NCBI GenBank assembly: GCA_965235115.1
Contig: OZ249446.1
Coordinates: 14,012,001-14,076,000 of the forward strand
Origin: Laetmonice hystrix
Taxonomy: Eukaryota
DNA length: 64,000 nt
Direction: 5' to 3'
The position numbers and the translations under genes are program-made. Below, piece by piece: positions 53,510 to 64,000 of the stretch (its first letter is position 1; each line of letters starts with the position of its first letter). Under the pieces are notes generated by a model, which saw only the letters and a list, made by a program, of their open reading frames with translations, was not told where the DNA came from and made no database searches.

Positions 53510-54120
53510 AGATGATCCGTTAATCCCACCATAATGGGATGGGCCACGATTGTCTGCGCGCCCATGTAAAGATGCTATCTCCCCAGTGGCCACTCTGGGC
53601 GGGCTCCCATCTCACCATCAATCTCCTACAGTGTGCCTTCTCCATTCGTTCATATCAATCACTCAGCGTGGGAATATCTCCCCCCTCCTTCCCACCTCCC
53701 ATGAATAATTCAATTTTCTCTGTCTCAGGAAACAATATCTCCGGCCAACATGTCCACTCGTGGCCTGAGGAGAGGGGACATCGGAAACAATACTTACCTC
53801 TTATAACCAGCCGCCCCATATTACCTCCCATACATCGACACCCAGGCCTCGACCAGCTGGGCCTCTATAATATCCCACCAGACCCGGCCTCTACTACACC
53901 TCGGTCCACTTGGACGATCAACTTTACCTTCGACTTCCAAACACCTTGACGGCCTGGAGATTGTGGACCCGGTGAACGGAATCATATTACATGTCGAGTG
54001 GTGGCAGGTCACTGCCTGCCCAACACCCAGGAGACTCGGCCGACAATGGGGGCAGTAACCTCCACCACCCGTCTTCACTAGGACTTCTCACCCACCATAA
54101 CTTCATCTGGCTCCGTCCGG
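53510..54120 (+). mobile_element. Possible highly decayed DIRS/Ngaro-type retrotransposon RNase H/MT region
   Basis: Across frames: MGWA (~GWGA), QWPLWAGSHLTINLLQ (~W..E..HINLLE), PYIDTQAS (~IDLFAS), PDP and IILHVEWW (~ILVAPWWP). The order and spacing are roughly DIRS-like, but the matches are weak. Confidence 0.3.
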
Positions 54121-54462
54121 ACAACAAACCGGCAGCGAGAAAAGTTTCTGTCTGTGTGGGTCAAGCGAATAGACGGGAGGGATGGAGGGGGGAGGGGTCA
54201 ACGGCCCACTCTTACCACTCCCTGCGGTCCGGCGAGCAATTCGTACAGGACGCTGCTACTTGGAGCTATTGGTCATGGTAACAATTCTGATGGGAAAATT
54301 ATATCGTGACATATACCTACGATACATACAGATCAATAAAAGTAAAACAAACAAAAATCTTCCAACTCAAGTTTCTACCTCGGAATTATGTAGGCGTGTA
54401 GGCCAGGGGATATGTAGGTACCATGTGGTAAACTGACATGATACAGATGTATGTATCCTTAC

Positions 54463-54651
54463 CTGAGGGGGTCTGTAGGAACCGTAGACGGTGGCCGTGT
54501 TGGGGGTAGAGTAGCGCTGAGCCCCGGCCGCCGGGTTGGTACTCGGGAAGTAGGAAGGTGCCGCCCAGCCCCCCTGTTGGTAGGGAGCGGCCGGGGCGGT
54601 GGCCGTCGGCGACATGGCGTTCCGTTTACCTGAATATACTGGCCGCGTTTG
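54463..54651 (-). CDS. Coding exon (189 nt, phase 0-0) of a large minus-strand gene. Low-complexity P/A/Y/G/Q N-terminal region, tentatively RBMS/alan shepard-like RNA-binding protein
   Basis: Acceptor tttttgttgttgttgcag| and donor cctcag|GTAAGG. The frame is open: QTRPVYSGKRNAMSPTATAPAAPYQQGGWAAPSYFPSTNPAAGAQRYSTPNTATVYGSYRPPQ, with an in-frame aacgccATG at 54615, and the exon is GC-rich within AT-rich flanks. The family assignment is recalled similarity only. Confidence 0.8.
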
Positions 54652-54892
54652 CTGCAACAACAACAAAAACGGTCATTAAACATTGGTAATAATCAATTTA
54701 TACCGATCAGTCTAATCGAACACAATTTAATAAAGCTCAAAGGGTATTTTTTTAGGAGAAGGGGACACGGATGTGAACTGTTTCCTCTTGTCTTTATTTT
54801 TAATTATTTTATTCTGAAACCAATATATTTAACTAATATTGACAATAAGCATGACTTCATCACGCAAACTGCTGGTGTAGATTTCATCAGTT

Positions 54893-54970
54893 GATACGAC
54901 ACGACACCTGATACGACATGACACCTGATACGACATGACACCTGATACGACACGACACCTGATAGGACAC
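54893..54970. repeat. 17-bp tandem (gatacgaca[c/t]gacacct), ~4.5 copies
   Basis: Directly visible. Confidence 0.9.
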
Positions 54971-55169
54971 AGGTCAGTCTACCCAAGACAAGGCTACCCA
55001 CAGACCCCTCAGCACACACCTGTCACACACACACACATACGACATTTGTTTCATCGTCAGAGATCTCAGAGATCTTGTTTGAACAGACATGTACTCCCCC
55101 CTCCTCAAAGTGAACGCCTTCCCTTATTTTCGACAAGAAGTTGAGCCCGTGTGTAAACCTCGTTATATC

Positions 55170-55510
55170 TCCCCCACCCCCATACTTGACTTATCTCTAC
55201 TACACAACTCTGAGGCTAGCAGTACACGGGTAGGAATCCCAGGGATCGACGATCAACCCCCCCCCCCCATACTTGACTTATCTCTACTACACAACTCTGA
55301 GGCTAGCAGTACACGGTAGGAATCCCAGGGATCGACGATCAACCCCCCCCCCCCACCCCATACTTGACTTATCTCTACTACACAACCCTGAGGCTAGCAG
55401 TACACGGGTAGGAATCCCAGGGATCGACGATCAACCCCCCCCCCCCCCCCCCCATACTTGACTTATCTCTACTACACAACCCTGAGGCTAGCAGTACACG
55501 GGTAGGAATT
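55170..55510. repeat. ~90-bp tandem (75-bp core plus variable poly-C), 4 copies
   Basis: atacttgacttatctctactacac...gatcgacgatcaa is repeated, separated by C runs of differing length. Confidence 0.95.
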
Positions 55511-56134
55511 TACGATAATCCAAGTCCCTCGTCAGACACAAACCACAGACTGTCACTACATGTGATCACACAGGATCAACCGACTGAACGTTTTTAGTTT
55601 CATCCTTGTTTTCAATCCAAGGTCAACCCCACACCCTTCCACGTCAGATCCAAAACAAGAACTTCAAATAATCGATTTCTTTGCTTGAGCTCGATCCGGG
55701 AAAAAGTCAATCAGAGACCGATATTTTGGGCGACAAGTTGATGAGAAAGACGCGATGGTGATGTCCTATTTACGTTAGCTCCTTTCATGGTTGTCGTGCC
55801 AACAGACACGCCAAGATTAAACGGACAATAAAAATGGGCGGAGGAGAAAATTGGGTTTCTCCAAATGTTTTTACTTCCTTTCTAAACTGGCGCCTAATGA
55901 TGAATTTCCTAATGAAATCCAGCACCTGGAGCGTGAAATCTTTAAATCCTCCATTGAGAAATAAAACTATGATGTTGGCGGATTTCGGAACGAAGTTCCG
56001 CTTACTTAGGATAAGGAAAAACTAATCTTCCGCCAAGTGTGATTACCGTCAGCTTACATGTCCCCTATCACCCACAGTACATCCGGCTTCACACGACGCC
56101 GCCAACAGGATTCAGCGAAACCTGTTTCAGGATA

Positions 56135-56154
56135 TCGCCTGCAGGTGGCAGCAC
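56135..56154 (+). promoter_or_regulatory. CTCF-type motif
   Basis: tcgCCTGCAGGTGGCAGCAc. Confidence 0.55.
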
Positions 56155-56459
56155 CCGGGACGGCTCCGCCAGGCTGAATGTCCCCCGCTGTTTTTAAAGC
56201 TAACAGCCACAGCTGGTTCTGGCTTATGATACAAAGCAAATTCTCGATATATCAACCCTTTCAAACAAAATGTCAATCTAACTGAACAATCAACCCCCAC
56301 CCCCTCTCAGAAAAAGCAAGAGTTTCTCACAAGTTCGAAAGAGGGGGCCGGATATGATGACATTTCTTGTTTTCGTCCTTGACCTTACAATGTTTGAAGT
56401 GATTCAACCAACAGACGTACTTCGTAGTTTTGCTGATATCGTGATACCCTCTCTGCCAG

Positions 56460-56860
56460 GGTGTCGATCAGAGTCCCACCCAACCCCTGCCAGTATTGCC
56501 AGGGTGAAGGGTCGATCAGAGTCCCACCCAACCCCTGCCAGTATTGCCAGGGTGAAGTGTCCCCCAACCCCTGCCAGTATTGCCAGGGTGAAGTGTCGAT
56601 CAGAGTCCCACCCAACCCCTGCCAGTATTGTCAGGGTGAAGTGTCGATCAGAGTTCCCACCCAACCCCTGCCAGTATTGCCAGGGTGAAGTGTCCACCCA
56701 ACCCCTGCCAGTATTGCCAGGGTGAAGTGTCGATCAGAGTTCCCACCCAACCCCTGCCAGTATTGCCAGGGTGAAGTGTCGATCAGAGTTCCCACCCAAC
56801 CCCTGTCAGTATTGCCAGGGTGAAGTGTCGATCAGAGTTCCCACCCAACCCCTGCCAGTA
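56460..56860. repeat. Minisatellite, ~48-bp unit with shorter variants
   Basis: gtgtcgatcagagtcccacccaacccctgccagtattgccagggtgaa repeated. Confidence 0.95.
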
Positions 56861-56927
56861 TTTCGACTAATCATGGCGAGGTCAGACTCGCTCCCGGAAT
56901 CCGTAGCTGACCAGTTACAGCTGTTAG

Positions 56928-56941
56928 GTTGCCATGGCGAC
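56928..56941. promoter_or_regulatory. RFX X-box
   Basis: GTTGCCATGGCGAC, a near-perfect palindrome. Confidence 0.6.
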
Positions 56942-56996
56942 AGCCGCCAACCGCACGCCGAGTCCCTGTTGTACAGTCTGCATTCGGAGCGAGATT

Positions 56997-57015
56997 TCTC
57001 CGCGAGGGGGCGCCA
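56997..57015 (+). promoter_or_regulatory. CTCF-type motif
   Basis: tctCCGCGAGGGGGCGCCA. Confidence 0.6.
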
Positions 57016-57059
57016 CACGTACTCTCCCCCTCAACCCCACTGAATGACGGTATATATAT

Positions 57060-59826
57060 GGGTCAGGCTTTTGAACGATGTACAATTGGCCATATTCAGA
57101 CTTTTAGCACCTCAATCCCCTACAGAAAGTTTCCATTTGCTTAACAAATGTTTTTTTTTGTGTCATCTTAAAGAGAACTAATAGGGCTTTCAGGAAATGT
57201 ATACTTTTATACACTTTCACTGATTCTTCTACCAGCTGGAGGCTTCCTAAGGTCATAAAACAGTGAAAAATGGCAGTTTTGCATTAAAATAAATTAGTTA
57301 GACCTCTCCCGTGACTTTAAAAGATATATTAATGGTAATATTCAGCTATGTGGAGTAGCAGGCATATATTGGGCAAAATTCGGAAAATTTTGAGAAAGCT
57401 GCAACCAATAATATTGTAATCGTTAACATTGGAAGTGAAAGAAGTCAGTATAACGAACGTCCGGTATTGAAATATTAATGATCTGCACCACAAATTCCAG
57501 CTTGCTTTCAGAAGTTTAAATGGTGCCTAAATTTAGTGGTTCAGCCACTTAAGTAACCCTGCAAAAAGTGTGAGTCAACTCTGCAGGCATACCGAAAGAG
57601 GACACTTTAACCAAAATTATACTGGATAACCATCACGGACGTTCATTTTAATTTTCAGTCATTGGCTCGAGTAAAGTATATTCTGGTAGTAATTCTTCCC
57701 CTAGCTAAGTCTATTTACAAAGGAGAGACACGATATTGTGTGTTTTGAGTGCCTGTTTGCCGTGGGATATTCATTTCCAGCCGAAAAATGATTATTGCTA
57801 ACGTCCGTGTCGAGAACGAACGTCCGTGACCCAAATCATGGGGAGGGGGATAGCACTGCCCCCTAGTGTAGATGCTGCAAACTATACATTGCGTATATTC
57901 CGCCGTGAGGTGCACCATCACATGCGAACGATTGATGAAGCTGACCAAATCGTGGATTAAAAAAAAATTCAAAAGAAGTAAGTACACAACCACCACCACT
58001 CGTCCTGGAAGGGGGCAAGGTACCATAGATCATGTAGGCATAGCACATTAAGGGTTATTTTGATGCAAAACACTTCTATGTTCATCGTGAATGTGCTAAG
58101 CACCGACGGCAAAATGTATACATTAATAGATTCACGTGTTTTACGTCGGATGAACGTCCATGACGGTAATCGCGAACGTCCGGCATGTGAAAGTAACACT
58201 TTCAAATATCACTCCTGTTTATTGAATACGTTGTTTAGCCCTATCTATTGAATACAGTTTGTTTGGATAATAGTATTAGTGTAGAATTAACACATTTTCA
58301 GCAGTAGTTAGGTATCTTCTTGGTCTGTAGATGGTCATCTAATGAGAGTCCGATGATAATTTTTTAGGTATTTGAGATTTAGCATCATATTATGTCACAA
58401 ACGTTATCTTGCTTTTGTAAACAAACTTTTTAGAGGATTACTGTATGTGTATTCTCTTATTTTAGTACAATATAACGTGATTGCTCATGATATTTCAAAC
58501 ATTAATGACACTCAGAAAGGTTGTCGGAGTAACCATCATGGACGTTCGCTCATGAAACGAAAACTGATATTACTCATATGCCAAAGGTGTCTGGCATATC
58601 TTTTGTAGTGAAAATTGTTTGTTCATAAGGAGCTCTTCCATATGGCAAAATAGGAAATACCGTGTAATCCAGGAAGTTATAAAAAAAAAACCAAAACATT
58701 TTCATCATGGACGTTCGTTATACAAACATTTGCACAAAATCCATACTTATAGTTGGATGACGTTCATCAGATTTTTACAGTAGCTGCCCCTCGTGTCTAT
58801 CCTTCATTCCCAGTACATACCCCCAAAACCAAATATACAAAGTTTCCGTTTTCATCACGGACGTTCGCAATTCAATGTTTCCCTTGAAATATCTGTGTTC
58901 AATATGGGGAGACCGGGGCAGGGACGACTGGGGACCTATTGGCCATTTCCCCCCCTTTTCCCCATGTAACTTTTGATACATTATAGCCATAAATATAGCA
59001 ATTATAGCCATTTATATAGCCATAAATATATAGCAATTTGTACAGTGCATCTGGTGACATGTCAGCTACATTTAACAACTATAAAACTATGGTCAGTACA
59101 TCGCAGGAAACAGTAATTATTTAAGTGGTTCTGATAGAGGAACATATTGTTGGCATGAGAACACTATTTCTGGTTAATAAAAGACTTCTTCTAAGCAGCA
59201 GAACTCGGTAGTTGAAGTTACTATATAGTTTCTAGAAGACGTCCGTGACCGTTACCCGAACGTCCGTGATGAAAACAATGCTCAGTTTGAGCAGGTATTG
59301 CAGGCCATATGGGTTAGATATGTTCTATACAGTACTTGATGAAGTTCCTATACCTATTTAAGTGCAACATACTGGTATTTCAGCATACTCTGATATTCTT
59401 TTGGAAAATGAGAGGAATGTAAGCAAATGGAACCTATGACTGCAGTGTTTTTGCAATATACACATATTTTTGTGAAAGTTCCATGGTCTGTTATTTATAT
59501 ATGGTTTGGAGTAGACAATCCATGCTGCACATAGTGATAGATACATCTCTCCACAGTACCTAGCCAATTTCTGGTCTATATATGATGTAGATTGTATCAG
59601 TTATGTGGCTATACACTCTAAATGAGGTGGTTTCAATCATGGACGTTCCCCGTTTCGAGACACTTCACTTCAATGTTGAATAAAAACGGAACCGATGGGA
59701 GTATGCCGGTATAATTGGGTACGTTGTGAAGCTGAGACAATGGTCTTTTAACCTAGATAGGTTGTTTTTAGCATTTTCAAAAATCATAATTTAGCCCCAA
59801 TTGTACATCGTTCAAAAGCCTGACCC
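57060..59826. mobile_element. Non-autonomous TIR DNA transposon (~2.77 kb), GGG termini, inserted in an (AT)n tract; Sola2- or ISL2EU-like ends
   Basis: Perfect 30-bp TIR GGGTCAGGCTTTTGAACGATGTACAATTGG at both ends, with atat on both flanks. About a dozen internal CA(C/T)GGACGTTC-type motifs occur in both orientations. No transposase ORF. Confidence 0.88.
57853..57872 (-). promoter_or_regulatory. CTCF-type motif inside the transposon
   Basis: Minus strand tctACACTAGGGGGCAGTGc. Confidence 0.45.
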
Positions 59827-60099
59827 ATATATGTCCACTTCTGCACGTTTGGAAACCACCGCCAGATTAACTGCCCAGCCTTTGGGGCTATACATCAGAG
59901 GGGCATGTCTGATACCCCGTTTAATGGATTCCTGCCCTTCAATCTGACACCTCACCCCTCTCGTGATGAGGGGGCACCAGCAGCCACCTCACAGAATACC
60001 TAAAGTTTCTGACTCAGAACTAACTGAGAGATCTTCTGGTTGTCTGAAGAAGTGGACAGCTGCACACTTGGACGGGTGTTCTCTCTGAATTATGATAAC

Positions 60100-60463
60100 T
60101 CGGTGCTACGTCCCGGAATAAATAACACAGCAGTCTGAATAAGTAACGACCACCAAACAGAAAAACCTGTGCGGCCTCTTCAATTCCCACTCCTTTTTTG
60201 GGGTGGGTAGGGGGTGGAAAGTTTGGGTTGAAATATACCCATTGTTATTGTATATATGTTGAATGTATAATCGTTTTACTATTGTCACACCATCTCTAAC
60301 CTCTATCTTGTAACAGTTTTTAAAATATGCCTTTATCCAATGTATGTATACCCCTGTGACTAAAACAAGCACTTATACTGCTTTATTGTTCAGGAATATG
60401 TAATCATTAATTTTCTATGTATAATACTGTGACAATAAACTTAAACTCAAACTCAAACTCAAA
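60100..60463 (+). mobile_element. Probable LINE 3' end
   Basis: AT-rich 3'UTR-like tract ending in AATAAA plus a cttaaactc(aaactc)n simple-repeat tail. Upstream GLFNSH weakly resembles the LWNSLP motif. Confidence 0.45.
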
Positions 60464-62258
60464 TAACTTAAGAACCAAAAGTCTAGCATGGCCTCGCAGT
60501 TCAACATTTCACGCACTGCCTGGTATTGAATAACCAAGCCAATGACCTCTAAAGAGTAAATCTATGTTTACTGCCTTTAGGCAGGGATACAGAGAGCGAT
60601 GGCACCGCCCTCCGCTCACAATCAATGAAGATGAATGTTCCCAGAATTAAGGAGAAGTAAAGTATTAGTGGGATCAGACGAGAAGGTCACGGGTTGTCGG
60701 TCAGCGACCTACCGCTAGGATTACGGCGCGCTCCATGGTACCGCTCCCGCTCCATGGTACCGCTCCATGCTGCACCACCATACATCCGTACTGATCAGTT
60801 GACAGCTGTTTCATCCCACTTTTACTCCGATATACCCATCATCTTATACCTCACCAAATCATGCCAGTTCCTGGCCAGACAACCCTTTCCGGTCACGTGG
60901 TCAGTAGTGACGTCACTACAAATGCCTAGAGACTAGTTTTCGAGACCCAAAGCCAGTAAACTCTGACATTGAGAGTGTTGGTTGGTTTACGCCATGTCGG
61001 CAACTAAAGGGCCACATCCACTCAGCCGGCAGGTCAGCCGATTTTGAAAATGCACGGGGGTGGTTGGTCCCATTAGTACACTGAATCTATAAAACCAGGG
61101 GTCTAAAATATCTTACGGTAGCTGGGGACCAACTCTAAGAGTTTAAGTTGTGTAATATCCCTATCCCTAACTGCTAGCTCTAACCCATTTTGAAACATTA
61201 AGTAAAAAACAAACAAACAAAAACAGTTGCTCTAAGGTGATTGGTCATAGGCAAATGAACTCCGCTTTGGTCCCGAACTAGGAAAACAAAATTCGCCAGC
61301 CGGCTATCTTCACTGCCAAAATATAGTGGAAGTGGATAGATGAAGTTTGGTCTGAGGGATCTAGCGGGGAACCTGGTGATATTGATTCTATAAACCCGAC
61401 ACGTTCGCTAACACAGAGTCGTCAATAAACCTATATACAACATGTTCTCAGTCATTGTCTGATGGCACCAGTGGACATTATATTCAATAACCCGATGACA
61501 AATAGAAACCACAGTAATTGATCTGCAACAATCGACTTGTGAATTTACAAACCGGTGCTGCACTTTCTTTTTAACTGTATAATCATCCTGTCTTAGCCGT
61601 CAATAATCCCATTTGAGGGTGTTTCCATTTTTTGTCCCCATGAGCTAAACTGGTAGATAGACTATGTATGAGCCTATTTTGTTTAAAATCCAAATACAGG
61701 CTTTATGATGGTTGACAACATAAAACCGTCTTAACCGAGGAACTAATGCTGTGGAAAATGAAGTCAGGGTGTGTTTTCCTCATTTTATTACATGATGCTT
61801 TGTATCACAAATAGGCAGGCCTGACACCTTTATGCACGAAAATCCTAATCTCTGCTTGGCGGGAGGTAGCTTCCCTTTACATTGAAGTAGTTTGTCTGAG
61901 AAGTTTATATCCAATACTAGAAGGACTAGGCGGCGAATTCTGATAAATATTCATTAAATGGAGTCTGTGTTCTGTGTTCTGTGTTCTGTGTAACGTCTGG
62001 CACGGTGGAAACCAATTGTTAACTCGTCAGTCTGTGACGATAACACGTGACCCTAAAACGGCGTTCTTTATTAATGTATGTGATTTATTGCAGGCACTTC
62101 CAAGAAATAACCGTTGCAGTCCTCCAAAAACTCAGTCAATGTCAACCGTCTGGCCATGAAATAAGTGCATGTTGAACATGACACGAATGAACAGTTATCT
62201 GCTTCACTTACATCGCCAAAAGTCGCAAGACTCACCTCTTCCCTCCCTGAGAAGTTAC

Positions 62259-62387
62259 CTTGAAATCTTTTCTTGTCTTGACCTTTCCCCCACCCACTCG
62301 GTTCATACAATGACGCAGGGAATCCGAATAAGACAATTCAATTAATCACCGCGCTGTGGCGGGTCGACAGGAAGTGCTCCGTTTATA
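62259..62387 (-). CDS. Candidate TATA promoter and first coding exon (MNRVGGGKVKTRKDFK) of the minus-strand gene
   Basis: TATAAA at 62387-62382 and a ccAc Inr-like site 30 nt downstream (62357). ATG at 62306, 16 open codons, then the donor ttcaag|GTAACT in phase 0, which is in frame with exon 54463-54651. An alternative donor gag|GTGAGT lies 23 nt further on. Confidence 0.4.
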
Positions 62388-62869
62388 CCCAGCATGCAAC
62401 GCTGCTGGACTTCCTGTGCGCAACGCCGTTTTTGGCGAAATTCCATGGTCGGCAACCGTCGTCCCTTTGGTTGCACACGTCAACAATAGGTAGTCTGAAC
62501 TGTAAACCGTGCAGTTCCTGTACACCACATCACGGACCAGAGAACTGGTTACATAGCTTGCCCTAAAATAGACAACCTTTCTTGCCGTGATTTGACGACA
62601 GCGCTAACACTGTCCCGGGTATAATGAAAGGTTGTTTGTCTCTCCTATGTTCAGCGCAGAGGGGGCGACACGTTGCTAATTTCAGGAGATTGCCTTACAC
62701 TTGCTCATTTCAGGCGACAGCTTGCTAATTTCGGGAAATCTAAAAAAGCACTTCATGAAATCAACTGCGTTTTTCATAGACTAAACCAAACCTGTCAACA
62801 ATCCGACTTTAAAGGAGAAGACCAGTCAAAAATCACATTTGGACAGCTGCAAGGCCTCTATATACTCAC

Positions 62870-63002
62870 CTTTCAGAGTAGTGGTTGGAAATAAATGTCC
62901 CTCTATTCCAAGAAGTCATATATTGAACATGACAACCGTGTCAAAATCACTGGCTTCAGCAGCGCAGCCATTTGTTGCTATTGGGCTGACCGGAAGTGAC
63001 GT
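62870..63002 (-). promoter_or_regulatory. ETS-CRE promoter-like element with a probable 5' exon
   Basis: CCGGAAGTGACGT at 62990-63002. On the minus strand it is followed by cccaat, aaATGGCT (a 22-codon uORF, MAALLKPVIL...FLE*) and a strong donor gaaag|GTGAGT at 62869. Confidence 0.5.
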
Positions 63003-63471
63003 TCCAGGGCTAATCTTTTGCATGCCAGGGCTAGGCTATACTAGGCTAAAGGCAGCCGAGGCGGGTGGCAAATCGACGGGGTTCAGTCCCACAGTCACAG
63101 TCACAGTCACAACTAAACGCAGCAGGTCTGTGCTGACCATGCTGACACTAGCTGCCATTGCTCGCGGTCGTAGTCAGAGTGGCGCCGGGCCTCAGGGGCC
63201 AAGCTCCCATCAACATCACACGCATGCACGAATCCAAGTGGGACGAATGCAGGCGGCCGAAACCCACAGCTGCCCAGATCCGTGTCCACCCTGATATGTC
63301 CCCTGACATCGGTAGGCTTTTCCTAGCCATTCCTCATCACTATCGATGGTTTTCGTCTATGTTCTAACAAATTTTGCTTATAAGTTGTCAACGTTCGCTG
63401 CCTTCCAAATCGATCAACGCAACAGGTGCGTCAGCTTTTAGTTCTTCCCAAACTGGAGAACAGTCGCGCTA

Positions 63472-63498
63472 CGCATGCTCGCCTAGGGCGAGCATGCG
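63472..63498. other. Perfect 12-bp hairpin/palindrome
   Basis: cgcatgctcgcc-tag-ggcgagcatgcg, overlapping an NRF1-like GCATGCGC. Confidence 0.7.
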
Positions 63499-64000
63499 CA
63501 CTTTGAGATTAGCCCAAGGAGCAGACGGTGAATGGCGGCCTTCACCAGCTGAGCAGGTTGAAAGAAGCCTCCGGCACTAAAGTGCCTATATCTTAAACAT
63601 CTGAGCACCAATTGTGTTCAAATATTTTTTAACTTGCTTAGAATATCACGGCATGTGTGCCTGGCCTGTACAGACTGGCGATGGTCTTTTCTTTTAAGAA
63701 CACCAAGAACTAGAAATAAGTTCTAGGAACTATTATTTCTATTTCGATTCTCTACTTTCATAACTAGAGATGCTGGTTTCGATCGACCTCAACTTTCTGC
63801 CTTCATACCGGAATCTTTCATTCCCAGAGCAGAACGTCCAACTACACAGCGAATATAATCAGCGTACGCTGAGGTGTGTACTGATATCTTTATTAGTTCA
63901 CCGATTCTAGGATCAGGGTTAAGTATGGTGATCGCATCTTACACGGCATCCTTGGAATGGGAAAGCATCCTTGAGATTTCGTAAACGGTTAACAAAGGCG

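Overview
Repeat-rich animal (bilaterian invertebrate-like) genomic DNA. There are no prokaryotic genes, rRNA/tRNA genes or CRISPR arrays. Most of the window looks like the interior of one very large minus-strand gene. I find one convincing coding exon (54463-54651, Pro/Ala/Tyr/Gly-rich, tentatively like the N-terminus of RBMS/alan shepard RNA-binding proteins) and candidate 5' exons/promoters at about 62.3, 62.9 and 39.3-40.1 kb. No further confident coding exon occurs in the >54 kb downstream. That long intron contains two near-identical zero-length-exon junctions (TTTGTATGTT[A/G]CAG|GTAAG at 32899/32898 and 10366/10365), spaced about 22 kb apart. Each is followed 48-52 nt later by a second donor, which is the signature of recursive splicing via cryptic RS exons. 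The rest consists of about 18 tandem arrays (units 17-124 bp, including a 40 x 97-bp satellite), two non-autonomous TIR DNA transposons of about 2.6-2.8 kb, a nested MITE, decayed LINE/SINE/LTR remnants, and CTCF- and RFX-like motifs. Nearly all ORFs in the supplied track are by-products of tandem repeats. Gene identity and TE family names rest on motif recollection, not database searches.
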